Virus record (IMG/VR): IMGVR_UViG_3300020045_005630
Span: 1 to 26,553 of that record
Source of the DNA: a virus
Lineage: Duplodnaviria; Caudoviricetes
DNA: 26,553 bases
Strand: one strand, 5' to 3'
Shown here: positions 16,751 to 24,789 of the stretch, one piece after another
Position numbering within the stretch: the first letter of the stretch is position 1
Layout: each line of letters begins with the position of its first letter
Position numbers and translations under genes: made by a program
The notes under the pieces: generated by a model
Database searches by the model: none
What the model saw: the letters and a program-made list of their open reading frames with translations, nothing else
What the model was told of the DNA's origin: nothing

Positions 16751-17646
16751 ACGGATTTGAAAATCTAAAAAGTACTCTTAATGAATTTCTTTTGCCTGAA
16801 AGCGAAAGAATAGAACCGACAAAAGATGATGACGCTAAAATGTGGAGTTATGTAGAATCAGCGCAAATACATTTTAATAATCGAATAAATAAACCTCCGG
16901 CAATAATGAGTATAAGACAGGATGGCAAAACTATTCCGATAATGACAAATGGTAATTTTTCATTATTCAAAGGTCAGGCAAAGAGCCGTAAAACATTTGG
17001 GTTATCAATGATCGCATCTTCTTTAGCTTATGACTTTAGTCTTTACGAAACATTTGTTCCAAATATGAAAGGTAAAGTTACTTTGTTTATTGATACTGAA
17101 CAGTCAGATTATCATGTATTTAGATTTGTAAATTCAGTAGTTAATATTGCAAATGCAGATGGTCAAAGTCCTTTATTTATTGCCGTTGCATTGAGAAAGT
17201 TTGAAACTGATATGAGGCTGAAAATAGTTGAATTTTTGATCTATAACGCTAAGAATTTAGGATACGTTATCATTGATGGAGTAAGGGATTTAATCAAAGA
17301 TTTCAACTCTTTGGATGAGTCAACAAAGATTGGAGATAAGTTATTGAAATGGACAAAAGAAAAGGATATTCATATTTCGGTTGTGTTACATGAAAACCCA
17401 TCGAAGGACGGTTCAAATAATAAAGCAAGGGGACATTTGGGCACTGAACTAACAAACAAAGCTGAAACTATTATAAGGTTTGAAAAGAACAGAGAGAATA
17501 AAAAGCAAACTATAATTATGGCAGATGATACTCGTGGCGAAGAATTTGAGCCGATTTATTTTGAGATTGATCAGAATGATATGGGACTTTATCCGGTAAT
17601 TATTGAAAAGTCGGTATTTGAATCAAAACAAGTAGATAGATTTTAA
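16747..17646 (+). CDS. RecA-fold (AAA_25/SF4-like) helicase-type ATPase
   Basis: GQAKSRKT Walker A, FIDTEQ, VIIDG, VLHEN, ARGHLG. Confidence 0.8.
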   Translation: MNGFENLKSTLNEFLLPESERIEPTKDDDAKMWSYVESAQIHFNNRINKPPAIMSIRQDGKTIPIMTNGNFSLFKGQAKSRKTFGLSMIASSLAYDFSLYETFVPNMKGKVTLFIDTEQSDYHVFRFVNSVVNIANADGQSPLFIAVALRKFETDMRLKIVEFLIYNAKNLGYVIIDGVRDLIKDFNSLDESTKIGDKLLKWTKEKDIHISVVLHENPSKDGSNNKARGHLGTELTNKAETIIRFEKNRENKKQTIIMADDTRGEEFEPIYFEIDQNDMGLYPVIIEKSVFESKQVDRF

Positions 17647-17662
17647 CTTAAAACTAAAAATT

Positions 17663-18028
17663 ATGAAACGAGAAATTTTATTCAGAGGAAAACGAATTGA
17701 CAATGATAAATGGATTTATGGATTGCCAATTGAGTATGAATATGGAATTTCAATTACAAATATCAATAGCTTACATCACATTGACGGTGCCGAATGGAAT
17801 TTTAATGACATTCAAATAATTCCTGAAACAATAGGACAATTTACAGGATTAACAGATAAAAATGAAGTTAAGATATTTGAGGGGGATGTTGTAAAAGATT
17901 GGGCAGGAACAAGAGTTGTTAAGTTTGAAATTTACGATAATTATCAGGGTTATGATCTTGAACCAGATGATATTGATTGTGAAATTATCGGTAATATTCA
18001 TGATAATCCAGAATTTTTAAATCAATGA
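17663..18028 (+). CDS. YopX-family protein
   Basis: MKREILFRGKRIDN...TIGQFTGLTDKN..IFEGDVV...EIIGNIHDNPE. Confidence 0.9.
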   Translation: MKREILFRGKRIDNDKWIYGLPIEYEYGISITNINSLHHIDGAEWNFNDIQIIPETIGQFTGLTDKNEVKIFEGDVVKDWAGTRVVKFEIYDNYQGYDLEPDDIDCEIIGNIHDNPEFLNQ

Positions 18029-18228
18029 AAGCCATATATTATGACTCTTACCAACGTTTCACCACTCGAATAATTAAGCAATGGCAAAATAACGGATTCA
18101 AGTATAATTCTAGTCATGTGGGCATTCTTTTTTACGCTTGGAGAACTAAGTTGTATTGGAGTAATGTAAATAGACTGAAAAGGTCTAAAATAAATCATAT
18201 AAATATTAATCAGTTAAATTTATTTTAG
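18025..18228 (+). CDS. Hypothetical protein whose 3' end is duplicated downstream of the HNH gene
   Basis: ATGA overlap with yopX; C-terminal KRSKIN recurs at 18848. Confidence 0.65.
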   Translation: MKAIYYDSYQRFTTRIIKQWQNNGFKYNSSHVGILFYAWRTKLYWSNVNRLKRSKINHININQLNLF

Positions 18229-18345
18229 TATATTTATAGTGCGATTCAGTTATGAAAACATTAAAAAATCCCATATTAGTTACATTGCCTGAAGTGCTTA
18301 ATAGCCTACTGGATCGCCTTTGTAATTGATATGGGTATTTTTATT

Positions 18346-18849
18346 ATGAAAGAAATACAACTAAGTAAGCAAGGTAAAAACAAAGGCAAATATGTTGCTT
18401 TAGTAGATGATGAAGACTATGAAAGAGTCAATCAATTCAAATGGCAAGCTAAAATAGGTTCTAAGACTATTTATGCAAGAATGCGCGTATATTTATGTGG
18501 TAAAAATAAAAATATACTTATGCACAATTATATAATGGGAATTGACGGATTAAGGTCAAATGGATTAGAAGTTGATCATATATTTCATAATGGACTTGAT
18601 AATCAAAAGAAAAATCTAAGAGTTTGTGACATTGCTAAAAATAGAATAAATAGAGAAAAGAATAAAAACGGATCATCAAAATATAAAGGCGTTTTTTTGC
18701 ATAGCTTAAACGGTACGTGGAGATCGGTAGTCCAGTTTAATTATAAAAAATATAGTCTTGGATATTTCAAAACAGAAATTGAAGCTGCAAAGGCATACGA
18801 TAAAAAAGCAAAGGAGTTGTTCGGAGAATATGCAACCACTAATTTTTAA
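18346..18849 (+). CDS. HNH-AP2 homing endonuclease
   Basis: ALVDDED..., VDHIFHNGLDNQKKNLR (HNH), SKYKGV...SLGYFKTEIEAAKAYD (AP2). Confidence 0.9.
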   Translation: MKEIQLSKQGKNKGKYVALVDDEDYERVNQFKWQAKIGSKTIYARMRVYLCGKNKNILMHNYIMGIDGLRSNGLEVDHIFHNGLDNQKKNLRVCDIAKNRINREKNKNGSSKYKGVFLHSLNGTWRSVVQFNYKKYSLGYFKTEIEAAKAYDKKAKELFGEYATTNF

Positions 18850-18897
18850 ACGGTCTAAAATCAATCAAATGGATATTCAACAAATAAAATTTAAAAT

Positions 18898-19146
18898 ATG
18901 AGAACAGAAAAAGAAGAACAAAAAGACAATTACAGATGTGTGGAAATACTACACAAAGAACATGATTTTCCTTTTGAGGGGTTTGAAATCATAAATGCTA
19001 TGAAAGAATTTGCATACGAAAAGTACAATCAGGCAGTAAAAGACTGTGCTGAATCAGCAACGGCATTCGTATTTCAGGAAACTGCCAACGGAGGTAAAGT
19101 GGCAAAAGTTAACAAAGAATCAATACTTAAAAATTTAAAGAAATGA
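18898..19146 (+). CDS. Hypothetical protein
   Basis: 82-aa ORF in operon context. Confidence 0.65.
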   Translation: MRTEKEEQKDNYRCVEILHKEHDFPFEGFEIINAMKEFAYEKYNQAVKDCAESATAFVFQETANGGKVAKVNKESILKNLKK

Positions 19147-19559
19147 CAGAAATAAACTATTCAGAAAGAATCGAAAAGATACTACACATCATTGCAAATA
19201 ATAAAACCAATAAAGAAAAGATTGATATGATATTAGTTGAGTCTTTATTAATCATGGATGAGCTAGGAGATGTTAAGCGGTCTTATACATTTGAGCAAAT
19301 TAAAGAACAGGTAGTGATGCACACAGGAATACATTTTAAACAGATTTGTTCTAAGTCAAGAAAGAAAGAAATAACAGAAGCTAGGCAGATGTGCCACTAT
19401 AAGGCTCGATTATTTACCAAAGAACGATTAGAGGATATTGGAAAGTTCTTCGGTGACAGGGATCATTCAACCGTTTTGAATAGTTTTAAACAGATTAAGA
19501 CTTATTTAGAATCAGATAAGCATTTTAAGATCAGGCACGAATTATTTTTGAATAACTAA
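19143..19559 (+). CDS. DnaA C-terminal (domain IV-like) HTH protein
   Basis: SKSRKKEITEARQMCHY...IGKFFGDRDHSTVL. Confidence 0.85.
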   Translation: MTEINYSERIEKILHIIANNKTNKEKIDMILVESLLIMDELGDVKRSYTFEQIKEQVVMHTGIHFKQICSKSRKKEITEARQMCHYKARLFTKERLEDIGKFFGDRDHSTVLNSFKQIKTYLESDKHFKIRHELFLNN

Positions 19560-19954
19560 TGTTTGATGTAAGTTTTCCAGCCCTTCAATTGGAAATGCGG
19601 TCGATCAATCATACTTTTAAAATTACCGCCCCATTCGATTCTAGTATCAATAGAGGTCAAAATATCAGCGAAGTTCTTAAAGTTAATAATTGACCAATCT
19701 AATGACTTGTCAGGCTTTAAAAAAGCTATATCAAAGGCCAATGAAGGCAAATAGTTATGCGGAGATTGTCCGGCATGAGCGTTTGTAACTTTTGGAACTT
19801 GTTTAAATAGTTGTTCCTGTTCATCATTGCTTCGATAAGTACAAGTCAAAAACGGTTTTGAAGCGTCAGGATATAATTCTGAATATTTGGCGACTGCTTT
19901 TTCATAAGCAATGCCTAATATTAAATGCAAGTCTTGAATTTTTCTTGATCCCAT
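19556..19954 (-). CDS. Endolysin, M15-family (L-Ala-D-Glu-type) peptidase
   Basis: TYRSNDEQ...VTNAHAGQSPHN...AFDI...EWGGNF...DRPHFQ; start moved to MGSRK, downstream of TATCTTTG at 19988-19995. Confidence 0.9.
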   Translation of the reverse strand: MGSRKIQDLHLILGIAYEKAVAKYSELYPDASKPFLTCTYRSNDEQEQLFKQVPKVTNAHAGQSPHNYLPSLAFDIAFLKPDKSLDWSIINFKNFADILTSIDTRIEWGGNFKSMIDRPHFQLKGWKTYIKH

Positions 19955-20187
19955 GTTACACAGCATATTAATTAATGGCTCTATTGTCAAAGATAAAGAT
20001 TAATTTTGAATATTAAATAACGCTGATGTATAGCGGCAGAGACGGATTCGGAGAGAAATCCAGTCGAACCGATATACAGATAATGCGAGAGTTGAACTAC
20101 GCAAACCGATACAACCGGATTTGACCGCTATACAAAGTTGTGGTTAGTGCTTCAAAGTCGATAATTAAAATTTAAAAACTCATAAAA

Positions 20188-20304
20188 ATGAAAAAACTTA
20201 AACAGTTCCTATTTGATGCTTATTGTATTTGGGATCACCCATTTACTCAAATAATTTTAGTAATTGCTATTATCGTTATACTTCTATTAAATGGAAAATT
20301 ATAA
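20188..20304 (+). CDS. Small membrane peptide, 38 aa
   Basis: MKKLKQFLF...IILVIAIIVILLL; A-rich leader. Confidence 0.55.
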   Translation: MKKLKQFLFDAYCIWDHPFTQIILVIAIIVILLLNGKL

Positions 20305-20554
20305 AGTTGATCTGAAAAAAGTATCGTGCTGCAATAGATTTGAGTGCAAAATATCATGCACTCCTGACAATTGCTTCAATGAACACTTTAAATGTACATG
20401 GTTTGCTCTCGCAATTAAGGTAGCTGAAGATAAACTGTCAAATAAATGTCAGTGCCTAAAGAACAATTACTACCATCTCACTGAAACTATTTGTCCTCAT
20501 TGCGGAAAAACATACGATGAACAGTATGACCGTCAACGAAGCATTTATCATTGA
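20291..20554 (+). CDS. Cys-rich protein (putative zinc binder)
   Basis: Many Cys including CPHCG; stop codon falls in the TGACTACAAC site. Confidence 0.65.
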   Translation: MENYKVDLKKVSCCNRFECKISCTPDNCFNEHFKCTWFALAIKVAEDKLSNKCQCLKNNYYHLTETICPHCGKTYDEQYDRQRSIYH

Positions 20555-20771
20555 CTACAACTTGTATATACCAGCAGTTAATTACTCAAAAGGCCAATGA
20601 AACCAATACTTTTAAAAATAGCTTATCGGTAAAAATAAATTAAAATGTATTGTAATAATTACTATATTTGTATAGTCATCTCTCACTGACATATAAGATA
20701 TTAGGTGTAAAAACCTTAGACCCTGATTTATGTGTGTGAGAGCCATATTTCAGGGTTTTTAATTAGTAGTT

Positions 20772-21245
20772 ATGAAAGAAATTAAATTAACTCAGGGACA
20801 GGTGGCATTAGTTGATGATGAAGATTTTGAATATCTCAATCAGTTTAAATGGTGCGCACATAAAAACGGAAATGTTTTTTATGCTATTAAGACTATATAT
20901 GTTTACGGCAAGCGAACTAAAGGAAAGATGCATAATATCATAATGGGAATAAAATTTATTGATCACGTGGATAATAACGGGCTTAATAATCAGCGATCAA
21001 ATCTTAGAGCTTGTACTAATAGTGAGAATCAAATGAACGCTACTAAACGAGTAAAAGCAACTTCTTTATATAAAGGTGTTTATTATTGTAAAAAAACAGG
21101 GAAATGGAAGTCTACTATACAAATTAACGGCAACCAAATTTATTTAGGATATTTTATTTATGAGGTAGATGCCGCCAATGCGTATAATAAAAAAGCTATC
21201 GAACTTTTCGGCGAATTTGCGAATATTAATATTATATCTTATTAA
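20772..21245 (+). CDS. HNH-AP2 homing endonuclease (paralog of 18346..18849)
   Basis: ALVDDED, IDHVDNNGLNNQRSNLR, YKGV...YLGYF..EVDAANAYN. Confidence 0.9.
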   Translation: MKEIKLTQGQVALVDDEDFEYLNQFKWCAHKNGNVFYAIKTIYVYGKRTKGKMHNIIMGIKFIDHVDNNGLNNQRSNLRACTNSENQMNATKRVKATSLYKGVYYCKKTGKWKSTIQINGNQIYLGYFIYEVDAANAYNKKAIELFGEFANINIISY

Positions 21246-21246
21246 T

Positions 21247-21280
21247 AAAAAAGGGAAGCTAATAACTTCCCTTTAATTTT
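21247..21280. terminator. Bidirectional terminator between convergent genes
   Basis: AAAGGGAAG-CTAATAA-CTTCCCTTT flanked by A and T runs. Confidence 0.75.
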
Positions 21281-21296
21281 TGCCAAAAAATGTTTT

Positions 21297-21485
21297 TTAC
21301 TTAGGTACTCCTGTTACATCTGAGTCTTTTGCGAATAAAAGGCCAATACCACCAAGTAATGAACCTATTGCAGCCATTACAATTTGTTCGTTTAAGGTAT
21401 TGCCTTTATAAGCAAAATAAACACCTACCACGGCACTTGCAATTAATGCAATCCCAGCCGAAGTTGTTTTCCATGATTTATTCAT
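21297..21485 (-). CDS. Holin-like two-TM protein
   Basis: MNKSWKTTSAG...two TM helices...GLLFAKD; start moved to 21485. Confidence 0.65.
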   Translation of the reverse strand: MNKSWKTTSAGIALIASAVVGVYFAYKGNTLNEQIVMAAIGSLLGGIGLLFAKDSDVTGVPK

Positions 21486-21639
21486 CTTGTGAATTTTTAA
21501 AATTGTTTTTACTCCTATTTTTGCCCACTGTAATTTTGATATTTTGTTCATTGATCGTGTCTGATAAGTTATATTTTTTCTTTTTAAACCTTTTTATAAA
21601 TCTATAAATTCCTGATATGGATATACTAAACGGCTTCAT
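21478..21639 (-). CDS. Small basic protein, 53 aa
   Basis: MKPFSISISGIYRFIKRFKKKK...; overlaps both neighbours. Confidence 0.45.
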   Translation of the reverse strand: MKPFSISISGIYRFIKRFKKKKYNLSDTINEQNIKITVGKNRSKNNFKNSQDE

Positions 21640-22084
21640 TGAGTATTTCCGGGTAATTATAAGCTGTTAGAGTCATTATTTTAGCTTCGTTGATAGCAAT
21701 TACCTTTCCTTCAAATTCTGATAGTTTAACAACTAATTCCGATGCAGCCTGAGTCTTAATGTTATCGCGCTCTGATTTGGTTAATGTCTTTAATTCTTCA
21801 ACGATCAATTTTAATTGAATATTTTCATCTTCGATATTAATGATGCTTTCCCATTTATGAAGTCCTTTTAAAACAGAAGGCAAAACAGTCCTTAAAAATA
21901 TCTTTACCTGATCGTCAACTGTTGAAGGGATAACCGAAGTTAAAAAGTCAGCTGTCGGAGAATCAACGAACTTTTTTATTCCGTTGACTACTTCAATAGC
22001 AATCGGAATAATAATTTTTAACTCTTTTTTAGTGTTCGTAAATGCTTTAATAATCCAAGTTTTGATCTTTAATAATAGTTTCAT
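21626..22084 (-). CDS. Hypothetical lysis-region protein
   Basis: Amphipathic helical ORF; start probably MKLLLKIK. Confidence 0.65.
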   Translation of the reverse strand: MKLLLKIKTWIIKAFTNTKKELKIIIPIAIEVVNGIKKFVDSPTADFLTSVIPSTVDDQVKIFLRTVLPSVLKGLHKWESIINIEDENIQLKLIVEELKTLTKSERDNIKTQAASELVVKLSEFEGKVIAINEAKIMTLTAYNYPEILNEAV

Positions 22085-22094
22085 ATTTATAAAT

Positions 22095-22637
22095 TTAATT
22101 AGTCCCATTTACTGCATTCTCATAATCTTCTTTATAATATTGTTTTGCTCCACGAAGTTCTGAACCATAGATATTAATTTTAGACCAAAAATAAGCCGAT
22201 GTATCCGAATTAACATTTTCCTTTCTTACAAATATGCTCTTATTATATTGATCACCTAAATCTCTTAACATTCGTATTTCGTTCATTGTCGGAACTTCTT
22301 TTTTGTCAGCCTTTTCAATGTTTATTACGTTTATTTTATTTTCAATTGATTTTTGCTGAATAAAATTATAAGAAATAACCGAAGCAAATAATGTAAGAAT
22401 TAATAAAGTCGCACCTGATCGCCAATAATCTCTTTTTTCTGCCCGAAGTAAAAACTCATCATATTTAACATCTTGCTTTTTTAAATGCTTCGTAAATTCA
22501 TTTTCTTGCTTTTCCATTAATTCTGAGGATTTAACTTCAAACATTCCAAAAACATAATTAGCATGAGTATTAATATTTTCAAAACACTCAACACATTCCG
22601 GTGTTCTTAATACTTCTGGTGTGATCTTATTAGCCAT
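22095..22637 (-). CDS. Single-TM membrane protein (lysis region)
   Basis: Central ATLLILTLFASVISYNFI segment. Confidence 0.65.
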   Translation of the reverse strand: MANKITPEVLRTPECVECFENINTHANYVFGMFEVKSSELMEKQENEFTKHLKKQDVKYDEFLLRAEKRDYWRSGATLLILTLFASVISYNFIQQKSIENKINVINIEKADKKEVPTMNEIRMLRDLGDQYNKSIFVRKENVNSDTSAYFWSKINIYGSELRGAKQYYKEDYENAVNGTN

Positions 22638-22696
22638 ATCTAGTATATTTCAATTCGTCACTAAATTAGATAAAATATATTAATGAACAAAATTAT

Positions 22697-23299
22697 TTAT
22701 GGACAAGCTGTTATTGATTGAATAATTCCGTTTAAAATATAAACTAATTGTGTCGGCCCATCTCCATTATTTATTAGCCCCCCCCAAAGAGCACCATGTA
22801 TATAATACCCATTTACCGTAATTAAATCACATAAAGAATCATTACTGTATAATTGCTTGCCGATAGTTAATGATTCAACTCTATATGCAACAAGTCCTGC
22901 TCCATCCCCACTTTGATAAGATTGGTTAAATATTGTACAAGCACTTTGAGCAGCGGATAAACTACCAGTGAAATCAGTTAATGTGTTTATCCCATTATAT
23001 GGACTGATAATAGCCACAGTAAAGCTAGTTGATGGATATGTGGTACAGTCAGTTGGTTTATAATCCCTAAACCTCAACATACTATTTGCAGGTGCGTAGC
23101 TATCTTGATTGTAGGTTGCATTAAAATAACCACTAATCGCATTATTAAAACAACTTTGTAAATCTTCGGTTGTTGCAGGCGTGTGATTGTCTACTGCATT
23201 ATAAACATTTTGAAGTGAGAACGTATCAGTATTTGGTACTGATTGTCCGAAGCAATATGAACTAATAAATAATAGAAATATAAATATTTTACTTTTCAT
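22697..23299 (-). CDS. Signal-peptide-bearing, virion-appendage-like protein
   Basis: MKSKIFIFLLFISSYCFG|Q; T/S/G/N-rich with several Cys; start overlaps the upstream stop. Confidence 0.7.
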   Translation of the reverse strand: MKSKIFIFLLFISSYCFGQSVPNTDTFSLQNVYNAVDNHTPATTEDLQSCFNNAISGYFNATYNQDSYAPANSMLRFRDYKPTDCTTYPSTSFTVAIISPYNGINTLTDFTGSLSAAQSACTIFNQSYQSGDGAGLVAYRVESLTIGKQLYSNDSLCDLITVNGYYIHGALWGGLINNGDGPTQLVYILNGIIQSITACP

Positions 23300-24320
23300 G
23301 TCGTTTAACTTTTTTGTGTAAATATTTAACCTCTGTTTCAAGATCATTTATTTTTTGTTCCATAGCAGCAAGTTTGGCAATTATCAAATCTGTATAACCT
23401 ACTGATTTCATCCCTTTCTCATCTATGTAAACTAAATTAGGATTTATTTTTTCAACATCTTGAGCAATTACCCCATATCTTTTTCGATGTGTACTATCGT
23501 TTTTAGACTCAAATTGAACAAACTTTATACCATTTACCCAATCTAACTTTTTAAGTGGTTTAATCTCTTGTTTTACACGCCTATCAGATGATAATATAAA
23601 GTTATGAGCATAAGCGTCCCCTGAAGCATCCCGCTTAATTAGTCTATCAGCAGTTCCAGCTGTAGTACCGATTACCCATTCAATTGCTGATAGTGTTATT
23701 CGACTTGTAGTACCACTAGTTGATTCAATTGGTACGAAATGTCCTAAGGTTGGATTTGAATTTGTTGTCAAACTTAAAATATCAAGTTCATAGGTCACAT
23801 TATATTCGCCAAAGGCATTTGATAAAACTCTACTTATTGCAGTTCCCCCATAAAACTCTACCCTGTTTGGATTTACTGAATTATTTGAATACACTTGGTA
23901 GCTACTTGTTCCGTCACTTATCCCCCAACTTCCATAATTATCATATACACCTGAATGCAAATGATCCCCATAAGCTGATGTTGTATGAGAAGTCCCCCAC
24001 GTTGGTACAATTACACCACTACCATCTATTGATATTCCAGTTCCTATCTTTACTCCACCTAAAACAGAGCTAGAGGCTATTGGTAGAATATAACCAGACG
24101 AACCTCCCCAAGTTGGAGTATTTGTGCCCATTGTTAGTACCTGACCAGTAGTTCCGTTGGGGAATGGCAATATGACTCCTAATGGATCAACAATAGCTAA
24201 TCTAAAGTATGTATTAGTTGCCGTTATCTGTAGCTTATTAGCTCTATAACCGCCATCCTGAGCCTTACAGAATACTGTAAGAGCTAAAAAAACAAATAGT
24301 ATTATTGATTTTCTTTCCAT
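23289..24320 (-). CDS. Tail-fibre-like protein with C-terminal S74 intramolecular chaperone domain and N-terminal signal peptide
   Basis: SSDRRVKQEI...GVIAQDVEKINPNLV...SVGYTDL plus coiled coil; LPIASSSVLGGVKIG fibre repeat; MERKSIILFVFLALTVFCKA|Q. Confidence 0.85.
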   Translation of the reverse strand: MERKSIILFVFLALTVFCKAQDGGYRANKLQITATNTYFRLAIVDPLGVILPFPNGTTGQVLTMGTNTPTWGGSSGYILPIASSSVLGGVKIGTGISIDGSGVIVPTWGTSHTTSAYGDHLHSGVYDNYGSWGISDGTSSYQVYSNNSVNPNRVEFYGGTAISRVLSNAFGEYNVTYELDILSLTTNSNPTLGHFVPIESTSGTTSRITLSAIEWVIGTTAGTADRLIKRDASGDAYAHNFILSSDRRVKQEIKPLKKLDWVNGIKFVQFESKNDSTHRKRYGVIAQDVEKINPNLVYIDEKGMKSVGYTDLIIAKLAAMEQKINDLETEVKYLHKKVKRHEK

Positions 24321-24784
24321 AATTCGTATGCTTTATTAATGAAATAATCTATTCCTGTTGAAATACTGATTTGGTATTTAGCTTGATTTTCCCACATATC
24401 ACCAAATATGATAGGTCGGTTGTATAACTTATACCAATCAGTTTCACTATTATTAACTAAAAACCCATGATTTTTAAGATAAGTTATTATCTGTTGTTTT
24501 CTAGCTTCATCGGCTGCTATTTGTGCTGCTATCTGATTTGCTTGTTCTGTTTCTGCAATTACTTTAGCTGCATTTATTTCTTTTTGAACCGCTACTTCTA
24601 GTTTTTTTTCAGTCTTTAAATAAGTAGCTAGTTGAGTTGTTGTCATTGCATCGAAGTTTACCGACAATTCAGCCGTTTTAAAGTCATCTAATGCCTTTTG
24701 AGCTACTGTTACTGTACTTGATGTTGTTTGTGCTTGCGATAGACTTACTATCAGTATAAGCATGATGAATAATAGTGTTTTCAT
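24302..24784 (-). CDS. Signal-peptide-bearing coiled-coil protein
   Basis: MKTLLFIMLILIVSLSQA|Q; start moved to 24784. Confidence 0.7.
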   Translation of the reverse strand: MKTLLFIMLILIVSLSQAQTTSSTVTVAQKALDDFKTAELSVNFDAMTTTQLATYLKTEKKLEVAVQKEINAAKVIAETEQANQIAAQIAADEARKQQIITYLKNHGFLVNNSETDWYKLYNRPIIFGDMWENQAKYQISISTGIDYFINKAYELWKENQ

Positions 24785-24789
24785 ATTTT

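Larger units (their letters stand above)
20018..20561 (+). mobile_element. Putative gene cassette bounded by an attC-like hairpin and AAC cores
   Basis: TAAC...TGTATAGCGG / CCGCTATACA...GTTG hairpin; distal TGACTACAAC complements GTTGTGGTTA. Confidence 0.5.
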
